Below are positions 1-6,802 of a DNA stretch of 22,138 nucleotides, in pieces. The stretch's first letter is position 1. Every line of letters starts with the position of its first letter. A model generated the notes under the pieces. The model searched no databases. It saw only the letters and a program-made list of their open reading frames with translations, and had not been told where the DNA came from. Source of the stretch: Candidatus Hadarchaeales archaeon (GTDB lineage Archaea > Hadarchaeota > Hadarchaeia > Hadarchaeales > Hadarchaeaceae); NCBI GenBank assembly GCA_038851565.1, contig JAWCKV010000014.1, positions 1 to 22,138 of the forward strand, given 5' to 3'. The translations under genes were made by a program, and so were the position numbers.

Positions 1-452
1 TCCGCAACTATCGCAATCGGCGAGTGCGTTTCAATGGAGGTGGGAGCCCCCGTCCCCCTTAAGGATGCCCTGGATGAGGCGATGCCGTCGTGGGAGGCGG
101 CGGTTGGCACGGAGATGAACGGCTTTCCCTCCAGGAAGGATGCGACCTTCGCAACATCGATGGATCTTCCCCCTCCCACCCCGAGTAAAAAATCGTTCTC
201 CCGTGCAATGGGTCTGATCCTTTCGACGGTTTTCATGTCAGCCTCGGTTATCGTCACGTGGGCTGCGACAAATCCCGCATCCTTCAGCATTTCCTCTGCC
301 CTTTGCCCGGCGATTTTGAGGGTCTTCGGGTCAGAGACCACCAGGGCTCTCCTTCCAGGACATAGCCTGATGCATATCTCCGGAAGGTTTCTGAAAACCC
401 TTGGCCCCATCCACACCTCCCTTGGAAGCTGTATCCTCTTTGGTTCCTTCAG
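1..452 (-). CDS. egsA: sn-glycerol-1-phosphate dehydrogenase (3' end runs off the window; probable CTG start)
   Basis: Not in the ORF track. Manual minus-strand translation gives (L/M)KEPKRIQLPREVWMGPRV...LLGVGGGRSIDVAKVASFLEGKPFISVPTAASHDGIASSRASL, with the G1PDH motifs GGGxxID and PTxxSHDG. A GGTGA Shine-Dalgarno-like site precedes CTG at 452-450. Confidence 0.92.
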   Translation of the reverse strand, partial: MKEPKRIQLPREVWMGPRVFRNLPEICIRLCPGRRALVVSDPKTLKIAGQRAEEMLKDAGFVAAHVTITEADMKTVERIRPIARENDFLLGVGGGRSIDVAKVASFLEGKPFISVPTAASHDGIASSRASLRGTGAPTSIETHSPIAIVA

Positions 453-482
453 AACCTCACCAGTTCAAAGTTCTCGAATAAG

Positions 483-531
483 GCTTAAATACAGATAGCC
501 CCTGTTTTTTTATGGTTGCTTTTAACGCAAC
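483..531. promoter_or_regulatory. Divergent promoter region egsA / psmB
   Basis: Minus-strand TATTTAAG at about 485-492. Plus-strand TTTTAA at 520-525 lies inside the inverted repeat GTTGC-N7-GCAAC (515-531). Confidence 0.45.
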
Positions 532-550
532 GTTTTTGAGGTGCAGCGGG

Positions 551-1174
551 TTGAAGGATGAGAAGCTGGAATACCTGAAGGGGACCACAACTGTAGGGAT
601 CGTGTGCGCGGACGGGGTGGTGTTAGCCACCGATACGAGGGCCACCATGGGCTACGAGGTGGCCAGCAAGATGGCGAGGAAGATCTACAGGATAACGGAC
701 ACCATAGCCTTCACGGTGGCGGGAGGAGTTGCGGACACACAGCATCTTGTGGAGCTGATGAAGGCGGAGGCAGGGTACTACGAGATGAGTGAGGGAAAGC
801 CTATGGGGGCCAGGGCATGCGCCAAGCAGGTCTCCGCAATAATGAACTCGAATAGGTTTTTCCCGTATCTCGCCAACCTCCTAGTCGGCGGGATGGATGA
901 GGGGGCCCCGGCGCTGTTCTTCCTCGACATGGATGGTGGCATGACCGAGGAGAAAATGGTTGCAACAGGCTCCGGCTCCCCGGTGGCCTACGGTGTTCTT
1001 GAGAACGAGTTTCGCGAGGGCATGAAGGTCAAGGAGGCCCTGCCCGTGGTCGTTAAGGCCGTGAGAACAGCGATGAAGAGGGACATAGCGACCGGGAACG
1101 AGGTAATGGTCGCGGCAGTGACCCGGGAAGGCTACAGGGAGCTCACCCCGGAAGAGATAAAGAACCTTTCCTGA
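551..1174 (+). CDS. psmB: Proteasome beta subunit
   Basis: Short propeptide MKDEKLEYLKG followed by the catalytic TTTVGIV; ATDTRAT, ATGSGS and RDxxTG motifs. TTG at 551 follows a GAGGTG RBS and is preferred over the ORF-track start at 512. Confidence 0.95.
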   Translation: MKDEKLEYLKGTTTVGIVCADGVVLATDTRATMGYEVASKMARKIYRITDTIAFTVAGGVADTQHLVELMKAEAGYYEMSEGKPMGARACAKQVSAIMNSNRFFPYLANLLVGGMDEGAPALFFLDMDGGMTEEKMVATGSGSPVAYGVLENEFREGMKVKEALPVVVKAVRTAMKRDIATGNEVMVAAVTREGYRELTPEEIKNLS

Positions 1175-1189
1175 GCAAAAGCTGATCCC

Positions 1190-3097
1190 ATGGCTGCAGA
1201 GGAACTCCTGAAGGAGATAAAGCGCATAGTGAAGGAGGAGATGCCGTTCTCCGACTCAGTGGTGGATGTAGACTTCGAGGGACCACGCGTGGTTCTTTAC
1301 TGCAGGAGCCTGGACCTTCTCATTGAGAACGGGGATGCGATAAAGGAGCTCGCGCGGAGGATAAGGAAGAGAATACTCCTCAGGCCCGATCCTTCCATCC
1401 TCACATCCAAGGAGCACGCGGAGGAGAAGATAAGGGGGATGGTTCCGGATGAGGCCGGCGTCACCGACATAATCTTCAACGAGGACGTGGGAGAGGTGGT
1501 GATCGAGGCGGAGAAGCCGGGCGTGGTCATAGGAAAGGGAGGGGCCCTGCTCAGGGAGATCAATTACGAGATAAAGTGGACTCCCAGGGTCATCAGGTCT
1601 CCGCCCATAAAGTCTGACTTCATAAGGAAGATACGCCTCTCCATGCTGCAGAATGCGGCCGAAAGAAGGGAACTCCTGAGGAGAATAGGGAGACGCATTC
1701 ACAGGGAGCCAAAGGCACGCGGGGACTGGGTGAGGATTACGGCGATGGGAGGTGCCCGCGAGGTAGGACGCTCATGTTTCCTCCTCCAGACCCCGGAGAG
1801 CAGGATAATGGTGGACTGCGGCATCAACGTGGCCTCCGATGAGAGGGCATACCCCCACCTTGAGATACCGGAGGCGAGGCTCTCGGAGCTCGACGCCGTT
1901 GTGATCTCCCATGCCCACCTCGACCACTCGGGATTTGTGCCATACCTGTTCAAATATGGCTTTGACGGCCCGGTATACTGCACCGCCCCCACCCGCGACC
2001 TCTCCGTCCTCCTTCAGATGGACTATGTTGAAATAGCCGAGAGGGAGGACAAGCAGCTTCCATACGACAGGAGGGACATCGTGAACTTCCTCTCCCACTG
2101 CATACCGCTTGATTACGGGGATGTGACGGACATAGCGCCTGACGTGAGGATAACCCTCCATAACGCGGGCCACATACTTGGCTCGTCAATAGTTCACTTT
2201 CACATAGGGGAGGGCCTTCACAACGTGGTCTACACCGGCGACATAAAGTTCGACAGGTCAAGGCTCCTCTCCTCAGCGGTGTGCACCTTTCCGAGGGTGG
2301 AGACGCTGATACTTGAAAGCACATACGGAGGTGCGGAGGACATACAGCCGCCGCGGGAGGAGGCGGAGAGGGAACTCCTGAACGTGATAAACGAAACCAC
2401 GCGCAGGGGGGGCAAGGTGATGATCCCGGCGTTTGCAGTCGGAAGGGCGCAGGAGGTGATGGTGCTCCTCGAGGACAGCAGGAAGAGCGGCATTGTCGAG
2501 AACGTCCCGGTATTTCTGGACGGCATGATCTGGGAGGCAACGGCCCTCCACACCGCATATCCCGAGTACCTCTCTCAGGATCTGAGGGAGAGGATATTCA
2601 GGGCCGATGAGAATCCTTTCCTCTCAGATAACTTCAGAAAGGTCTCAGGTCCGGACGAGAGGGCCAAGATAATCGAGGGAGAGCCGTGCGTGATAATATC
2701 CACCGCAGGCATGATGGCCGGGGGTCCAATACTTGAGTACTTCAAACACCTCGCGCCCGATCCAAAGAACGCGCTGGTCTTTGTCGGATACCAGGCCGAG
2801 GGGTCCTTGGGAAGGCGCATACAGGGAGGCTGGAGGGAGATACCTCTCAGGACGGAGGGCGGCAGGGTTGAGGAGGTAAAGGTGAACCTGGAGGTCAAGA
2901 CGATCGAGGGCTTCAGCGGCCATGCGGACAGGGCGAAGCTCCTCAACTACGTCAGAAGGATGTCCTCCAAGCCCCAGAGGATAATAACCGTGCACGGTGA
3001 CGAGACGAAGTGCATGGACCTCGCAAGCACGTTGCACAGGCTGTACCGCATCGAGACGAGGCCCTTCACGAACCTCGAGGCCATCAGGCTCAGATAG
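1190..3097 (+). CDS. fttA: KH-domain beta-CASP ribonuclease aCPSF1 / transcription termination factor FttA
   Basis: 635 aa with N-terminal KH domains (GVVIGKGG), the metallo-beta-lactamase motif SHAHLDH, AGHILGS, and the beta-CASP motifs FSGHAD and VHGD. It follows psmB, the usual archaeal synteny. Confidence 0.95.
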   Translation: MAAEELLKEIKRIVKEEMPFSDSVVDVDFEGPRVVLYCRSLDLLIENGDAIKELARRIRKRILLRPDPSILTSKEHAEEKIRGMVPDEAGVTDIIFNEDVGEVVIEAEKPGVVIGKGGALLREINYEIKWTPRVIRSPPIKSDFIRKIRLSMLQNAAERRELLRRIGRRIHREPKARGDWVRITAMGGAREVGRSCFLLQTPESRIMVDCGINVASDERAYPHLEIPEARLSELDAVVISHAHLDHSGFVPYLFKYGFDGPVYCTAPTRDLSVLLQMDYVEIAEREDKQLPYDRRDIVNFLSHCIPLDYGDVTDIAPDVRITLHNAGHILGSSIVHFHIGEGLHNVVYTGDIKFDRSRLLSSAVCTFPRVETLILESTYGGAEDIQPPREEAERELLNVINETTRRGGKVMIPAFAVGRAQEVMVLLEDSRKSGIVENVPVFLDGMIWEATALHTAYPEYLSQDLRERIFRADENPFLSDNFRKVSGPDERAKIIEGEPCVIISTAGMMAGGPILEYFKHLAPDPKNALVFVGYQAEGSLGRRIQGGWREIPLRTEGGRVEEVKVNLEVKTIEGFSGHADRAKLLNYVRRMSSKPQRIITVHGDETKCMDLASTLHRLYRIETRPFTNLEAIRLR

Positions 3098-3641
3098 ATG
3101 ACGTTTCCTCGTTTGACATTGGCCTGACCCTGGCCCTCGGGTCTGCTATCGCGCTGTTGCCGTGCGGGTCCATGAGTATGAGGAGAGCCCGCTTCTCCCC
3201 CCTCTTTATCTTTTCTATCCCCTCCAGCCTGGCCTTTCCCTCCCTCCTCCCGCTCTCGTCCGCGTTTTCCATCGCGGTTTCCACGGCCTCCTTTATCCTG
3301 TTCAGAACTCCCTCCACGTTTGAGACATATCCCTGGGATGCGGGGCCGGGCCTCACCGTCACCGCGAGTTCGGGTATCCTTATGATGCCGGTGCTTGACT
3401 TGACCACCCTCACCTTCATGTCATCCTCTGACGTTATTTCGAACTCATACGCAATCGGATCCCTCCTCTCGGTCTGCATCACGTCAGCCTGTCTGAAGCC
3501 GCATCTCTCGCACAGAGCCAGCGTTTCCATGATCTCCCCGAAATACGGCACCTCGTCTATTCTTCCCCTGACAACGAAGGACCCAGATGATCCACAAAGA
3601 GGACATCTCTCAACCGGGAGGACGAACTCCCGCCTTCTCAT
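3090..3641 (-). CDS. ZPR1-related zinc finger protein
   Basis: CPLC...PYFGE...CERCGF, RVVKSSTGIIRIPEL, PGPASQGYVSNVEG, and DPHGNS. ATG at 3641 follows GGTGA; the longer ORF-track start overlaps sepF. Confidence 0.9.
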   Translation of the reverse strand: MRRREFVLPVERCPLCGSSGSFVVRGRIDEVPYFGEIMETLALCERCGFRQADVMQTERRDPIAYEFEITSEDDMKVRVVKSSTGIIRIPELAVTVRPGPASQGYVSNVEGVLNRIKEAVETAMENADESGRREGKARLEGIEKIKRGEKRALLILMDPHGNSAIADPRARVRPMSNEETSSI

Positions 3642-3658
3642 CAGTTCACCAAAGGGAT

Positions 3659-4027
3659 CTAGGAGGCCTTTTTGAACTCTATGCTGACAAACCGGGGTGT
3701 TGCGATGACCTTTGAGTCCGTCAGGCGCCCCACGCTGCCGCCTATCGCCTGGCATATCCCCTTTATCTGGTCTATCGCCCTCTTCAGCTCCTCCGGGTTC
3801 TGGTTCATGAGGGCTCCTATTTCGATTATCATGATGTTTCCGCTCCTCAGCTCCTCAGCAATTTCCTGTACGTCCAGCAGGCTGCGCATCTCCATGCTCT
3901 TCACGTATATGGGCTCTATTTCAGCGGTCGGCTTCGCGCTCTTCACATTTACCTCCATGACCGGCACCTCAGGTGCGGGAGCCGGCGGTGAGTTTCCTCC
4001 GAAGATCCTCCTGAAGGCTTTCACCAT
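3659..4027 (-). CDS. sepF: Cell division protein SepF
   Basis: N-terminal amphipathic segment (VKAFRRIFGG), a Pro-rich linker and a core with ELRSGNIMII...LKRAIDQIK...IGGSVGRL..KVIATP. The start could also be 4039 or 4024. Confidence 0.85.
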   Translation of the reverse strand: MVKAFRRIFGGNSPPAPAPEVPVMEVNVKSAKPTAEIEPIYVKSMEMRSLLDVQEIAEELRSGNIMIIEIGALMNQNPEELKRAIDQIKGICQAIGGSVGRLTDSKVIATPRFVSIEFKKAS

Positions 4028-4088
4028 CTCACCCGACATTTTACCTAACACCTACAAGCTATTTAACTTTGCGGATGATTAGGCCCCC

Positions 4089-4559
4089 TCACTCGCTCAG
4101 GCTCCATATTTTGTCCCCCACATGGTGCAGGGTCTTCACCACCTTTCCCTTGGGGGCTTTCATGTTATCAGAGGGGACGAGGGCCACGCCCACCGCTATG
4201 GGTTTGCCGTGTTTCTCATCCACAACCGCAACCGGGTCGCCCTCCTTTATGCCCGGATCGACCGCGGTCACTCCTGGCCCCATCACATCCGCCCCGGATG
4301 CCACGTGTGGAACCGCCCCCATGTCCACGATCACCCTCGGGAGCCTTGCGCCCCTGAGCAGGGCGGGTATCGCGGGATATAGTTTCTCTCCCTCCCAGAA
4401 GAGCAGGGGTCTTCCATCAACCACGGCTGCCTTGCCCCAGTTGAATTCGAAAATCTCCACCCGCTCCATCACCTCCTGGGGCACGCCGAAGGCAGATGCC
4501 AGAAGCGCCAGATCCTTCAGCTCCCTTTTTCTTGGCCTGTATCTCCTCGCCGCAGGCAT
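4089..4559 (-). CDS. PUA-domain RNA-binding protein (MCT-1/Tma20-like)
   Basis: VIVDMGAVPHVASGADVMGPGV...HGKPIAVG...KGKVVKTLHHVGDKIW. Confidence 0.9.
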   Translation of the reverse strand: MPAARRYRPRKRELKDLALLASAFGVPQEVMERVEIFEFNWGKAAVVDGRPLLFWEGEKLYPAIPALLRGARLPRVIVDMGAVPHVASGADVMGPGVTAVDPGIKEGDPVAVVDEKHGKPIAVGVALVPSDNMKAPKGKVVKTLHHVGDKIWSLSE

Positions 4560-4651
4560 TTTATCGAATACAACTTGTTATCCGGGGTAATTTGGCTTAC
4601 GAACGCATCCAGAAGGGTTAAAAACAGGGCTGATGATGATGTGATGATTCG

Positions 4652-4876
4652 ATGACCCAGAGACCGCTTGACGTGCTGAACAGGGCGCTCGGCTCCCCAG
4701 TGCTGGTCGGGCTCAAGGGGGGACGAGAGCTCAGGGGGAAGCTGTCAGGATTCGACGTGCACGTAAACCTGGTGCTCGAGGAGGCCGAGGAGATACAGGG
4801 AGGGGAAGCGGTCAAGCGGTATGGGGTCATGGTGATAAGGGGAGATAGCGTCGTTTACATCTCTCCCGCAGGTTGA
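4652..4876 (+). CDS. lsm: Sm-like archaeal protein (SmAP1/Lsm)
   Basis: RPLDVLN, the Sm1 motif [14 protein letters not shown] and the Sm2 motif [11 protein letters not shown]. Lies directly upstream of rpl37e. Confidence 0.95.
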   Translation: MTQRPLDVLNRALGSPVLVGLKGGRELRGKLSGFDVHVNLVLEEAEEIQGGEAVKRYGVMVIRGDSVVYISPAG

Positions 4877-4881
4877 GCTGA

Positions 4882-5067
4882 ATGGTCAAGGGAACTCCAT
4901 CTATGGGCAAGCGCCACAAGGTACAGCACATACGGTGCCGCAGGTGCGGAAGGCGCGCCTATCACGCACAGAGAGGGGTCTGCGCCGCCTGCGGGTACGG
5001 AAGGTCCCGGAGGATAAAGCGCTACAGCTGGAAGAACAAGACGGTCCAGGGGCTGCGCCTGAAATAG
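4882..5067 (+). CDS. rpl37e: 50S ribosomal protein L37e
   Basis: [11 protein letters not shown]...[13 protein letters not shown]...CAACGYG. Confidence 0.96.
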   Translation: MVKGTPSMGKRHKVQHIRCRRCGRRAYHAQRGVCAACGYGRSRRIKRYSWKNKTVQGLRLK

Positions 5068-5111
5068 CCTCCACAAAACTCAAAAGGTCTGGGCATAACA
5101 TCCCTTTTGGT

Positions 5112-5218
5112 GGGCCGGTAGATCAGCCTGGAAATGGAGGGGAATATCTCCTTTCAACAGATTGATCGTCCGCTTGGCATGCGGGAGGTCGCGGGTTCAA
5201 ATCCCGCCCGGTCCACCA
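5112..5218 (+). tRNA. tRNA-Ala(GGC) with a non-canonical D-loop intron (about 5134-5162)
   Basis: Acceptor stem GGGCCGG/CCGGTCC with the Ala identity pair G3.U70. D-stem GATC/GATC, anticodon arm TCCGC-TTGGCAT-GCGGG, T-arm GCGGG-TTCAAAT-CCCGC and encoded CCA. A 29-nt insert in the D-loop forms a BHB-like motif. Confidence 0.93.
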
Positions 5219-5223
5219 CGCTT

Positions 5224-5237
5224 AAAAACGATTTATA
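5224..5237 (+). promoter_or_regulatory. BRE/TATA promoter of tRNA-Val
   Basis: AAAAACGA followed by TTTATA, ending 22 nt upstream of the tRNA 5' end. Confidence 0.55.
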
Positions 5238-5258
5238 CCGGACAGCCTAGATTCATTG

Positions 5259-5333
5259 GGGCCCGTGGTCTAGTGGTATGACGTCACCCTGACACGGTGA
5301 AGTTCCGGGGTTCGAATCCCCGCGGGCCCACCA
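5259..5333 (+). tRNA. tRNA-Val(GAC), intronless
   Basis: Acceptor GGGCCCG/CGGGCCC, anticodon arm TCACC-CTGACAC-GGTGA, T-arm CGGGG-TTCGAAT-CCCCG, and encoded ACCA. Confidence 0.96.
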
Positions 5334-5385
5334 CCTTTTCGGGCGCCTTTTTATTAGGGATAAACGTCAAGTATGCGTGGTCTGG

Positions 5386-6606
5386 ATGAGGCGTGCGTGT
5401 CTGGCGGTCATGATGGCTTCCCTCTTGATGCTGGTTTTCGGAAACCCGGCCAGCGCAGCTCAGGCCGATAATTGCGGGGTCGCTCCGGAAAATGGACCCT
5501 GGTCCTCCACGTTCGAGTTCTTTCTGGTTTACAGGGACAACTCTGGCGCCCTGCCTGAGGCGGGATATCCCCTGATATACCTTGACAACGTTGGGTTCCG
5601 GATGTCGGAAAACGATGAGCTGGACACGGACGCCTCTGATGGCAAGGTTTACATTTTCAGATGGACTCCGGGGGCTGAGAACATGGGGGATCACTCGTTC
5701 TATTTTCTGGTCGTGGACAACCTGGGGCGGGAGGTCAGGTATCCGCGGGAGGGCGCAGTGAGCGGTCCAGCGGTGTTGAAGGCCCAGGCCTCAATCCGTT
5801 CCGGAGTTTCAAGGACCAAGGTCTCCCTAGGGGATAAGGTTGATATATCGGGCATGGCGCTCGATGCCGCGGACAACACACCTATCGGCGGGGCATCCCT
5901 CACGCTCTGCAGGGTAAAATATGAAAATGGATCTCAGGCCGACGTTCCGGTCATGGAGCTCGTGAGCGAACAGGATGGCGGATTTTCAGCCGAGCTTGAG
6001 GTATCCGAGCAGGGCATTTCGTGTTACAGGATAAAGCTCGAGGACGATCTTCGCTATGAGAGCACGGTCTCGGACATCGTTTATGTCTCCAGCCTTGATG
6101 ACGGGGCACTCATCCTGAGCTATGTCGGGATATTCGGCGCGGTGCTCGTCCTCTTGAGTCTCCTCCTCACGGCGGGGCTGGCGAGGACTTTCTCAATTGG
6201 CATTTCTGCGGTTGGATCTCTTGTCGGATTCTTCCTGATGTACCTGGGAGCCGGGGAGCTCGGGGTGCTGGCCGCCGGGGCCGTATCCGGCTACGTGTCC
6301 GCAAGGAGGATTAGGGAGTGGGGCAGGCAGCTCAGGCTCGGCCTTGTGGCGGGGCTAATCCTGACGTTCCTCGTCGGCTGCATCATAGTGTACTTTCTCA
6401 CCCTTCCTCCCGATGTTCTCCGATTCAACTATTCGGTTACCCAGGGCGAGGTTTACTCTTCCCTGTTCCAGTGGTCACTTTACTCCGCCTTCCTGTTTGC
6501 CGTGCTGGCAGGCTTGGGAGCGGTGCTCGGGGGACTGTTACGCAAAATCTTAAAGCCGGGCGAAAGAGAGAGTTCACAGGTAGCGGGGAAAGACGCAGCG
6601 GGGTAG
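5386..6606 (+). CDS. Hypothetical membrane-anchored surface protein (signal peptide, beta-rich extracellular domains, about 5 C-terminal TM helices)
   Basis: Basic plus hydrophobic N-terminus ending ASA-AQA, then an acidic beta-strand-rich region, then a Gly/Leu-rich hydrophobic C-terminal third. TTTTATTA lies about 30 nt upstream. The start may be 5377 (GTG) or 5386 (ATG). Confidence 0.75.
   Translation: MRRACLAVMMASLLMLVFGNPASAAQADNCGVAPENGPWSSTFEFFLVYRDNSGALPEAGYPLIYLDNVGFRMSENDELDTDASDGKVYIFRWTPGAENMGDHSFYFLVVDNLGREVRYPREGAVSGPAVLKAQASIRSGVSRTKVSLGDKVDISGMALDAADNTPIGGASLTLCRVKYENGSQADVPVMELVSEQDGGFSAELEVSEQGISCYRIKLEDDLRYESTVSDIVYVSSLDDGALILSYVGIFGAVLVLLSLLLTAGLARTFSIGISAVGSLVGFFLMYLGAGELGVLAAGAVSGYVSARRIREWGRQLRLGLVAGLILTFLVGCIIVYFLTLPPDVLRFNYSVTQGEVYSSLFQWSLYSAFLFAVLAGLGAVLGGLLRKILKPGERESSQVAGKDAAG
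6541..6554 (+). promoter_or_regulatory. Putative BRE/TATA promoter for the tRNA-iMet, inside the upstream CDS
   Basis: CGCAAAA followed by TCTTAAA, an AT-rich patch in otherwise GC-rich coding sequence, ending about 43 nt upstream of the tRNA. Confidence 0.4.
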
Positions 6607-6784
6607 AGCGGGAGGCGAGCGCTTCCCTGCCCCTAAGGCAGCGTGGAGTGCCCGCCGGGCTCATAGGACATCGGGTTTACCCGATGCGCTGCGAGACCCG
6701 GAGACGTCCGTGGAGTTTGCACGGGCGCTGGAAGTCGGTGGTTCAAGGGAGGAAGCCCCTCTGAGAATCCACCCCCCGCTACCA
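6597..6784 (+). tRNA. Initiator tRNA-Met(CAT) interrupted by four introns (exons 6597-6606, 6637-6665, 6696-6703, 6734-6747, 6768-6784)
   Basis: The joined exons give a fully paired 78-nt cloverleaf: AGCGGGGTAGGGCAGCGTGGAGTGCCCGCCGGGCTCATAACCCGGAGGTCGGTGGTTCAAGTCCACCCCCCGCTACCA. It has A1-U72, G11-C24, three consecutive G-C pairs in the anticodon stem, a CAT anticodon and CCA. Each insert forms a hairpin and a strict or relaxed BHB. Confidence 0.93.
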
Positions 6785-6802
6785 CGCTTTGACGGTGACG
6801 AG

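Noticed and set aside
34..498. 154-aa plus-strand ORF
   Set aside because: Antisense shadow of egsA, which has clear family motifs on the minus strand.
4631..4655. TGATGA repeats upstream of lsm as a C/D box sRNA
   Set aside because: No suitably placed downstream D box or terminal stem. It is more simply explained as an RBS-like GTGA leader.
6582..6603. A fifth intron (15 nt) between the two AGCGGGG copies at the tRNA-iMet 5' end
   Set aside because: The registers I tested by hand (2/3 to 7/8) gave no BHB central helix or inner hairpin, and the second copy alone gives a complete tRNA.
6745..6766. Alternative placements of the T-loop intron (56/57, 57/58, 58/59) giving TTCGAAT or TTCAAAT
   Set aside because: None forms a central 4-bp helix, whereas 59/60 gives a perfect hBHBh' and a valid TTCAAGT loop.
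6710..6802. N-terminal extension of the 6710..7405 ORF, and the ORFs 6318..6764 and 6437..6664
   Set aside because: They run through the tRNA-iMet gene. A GGTGA RBS supports ATG 6803.
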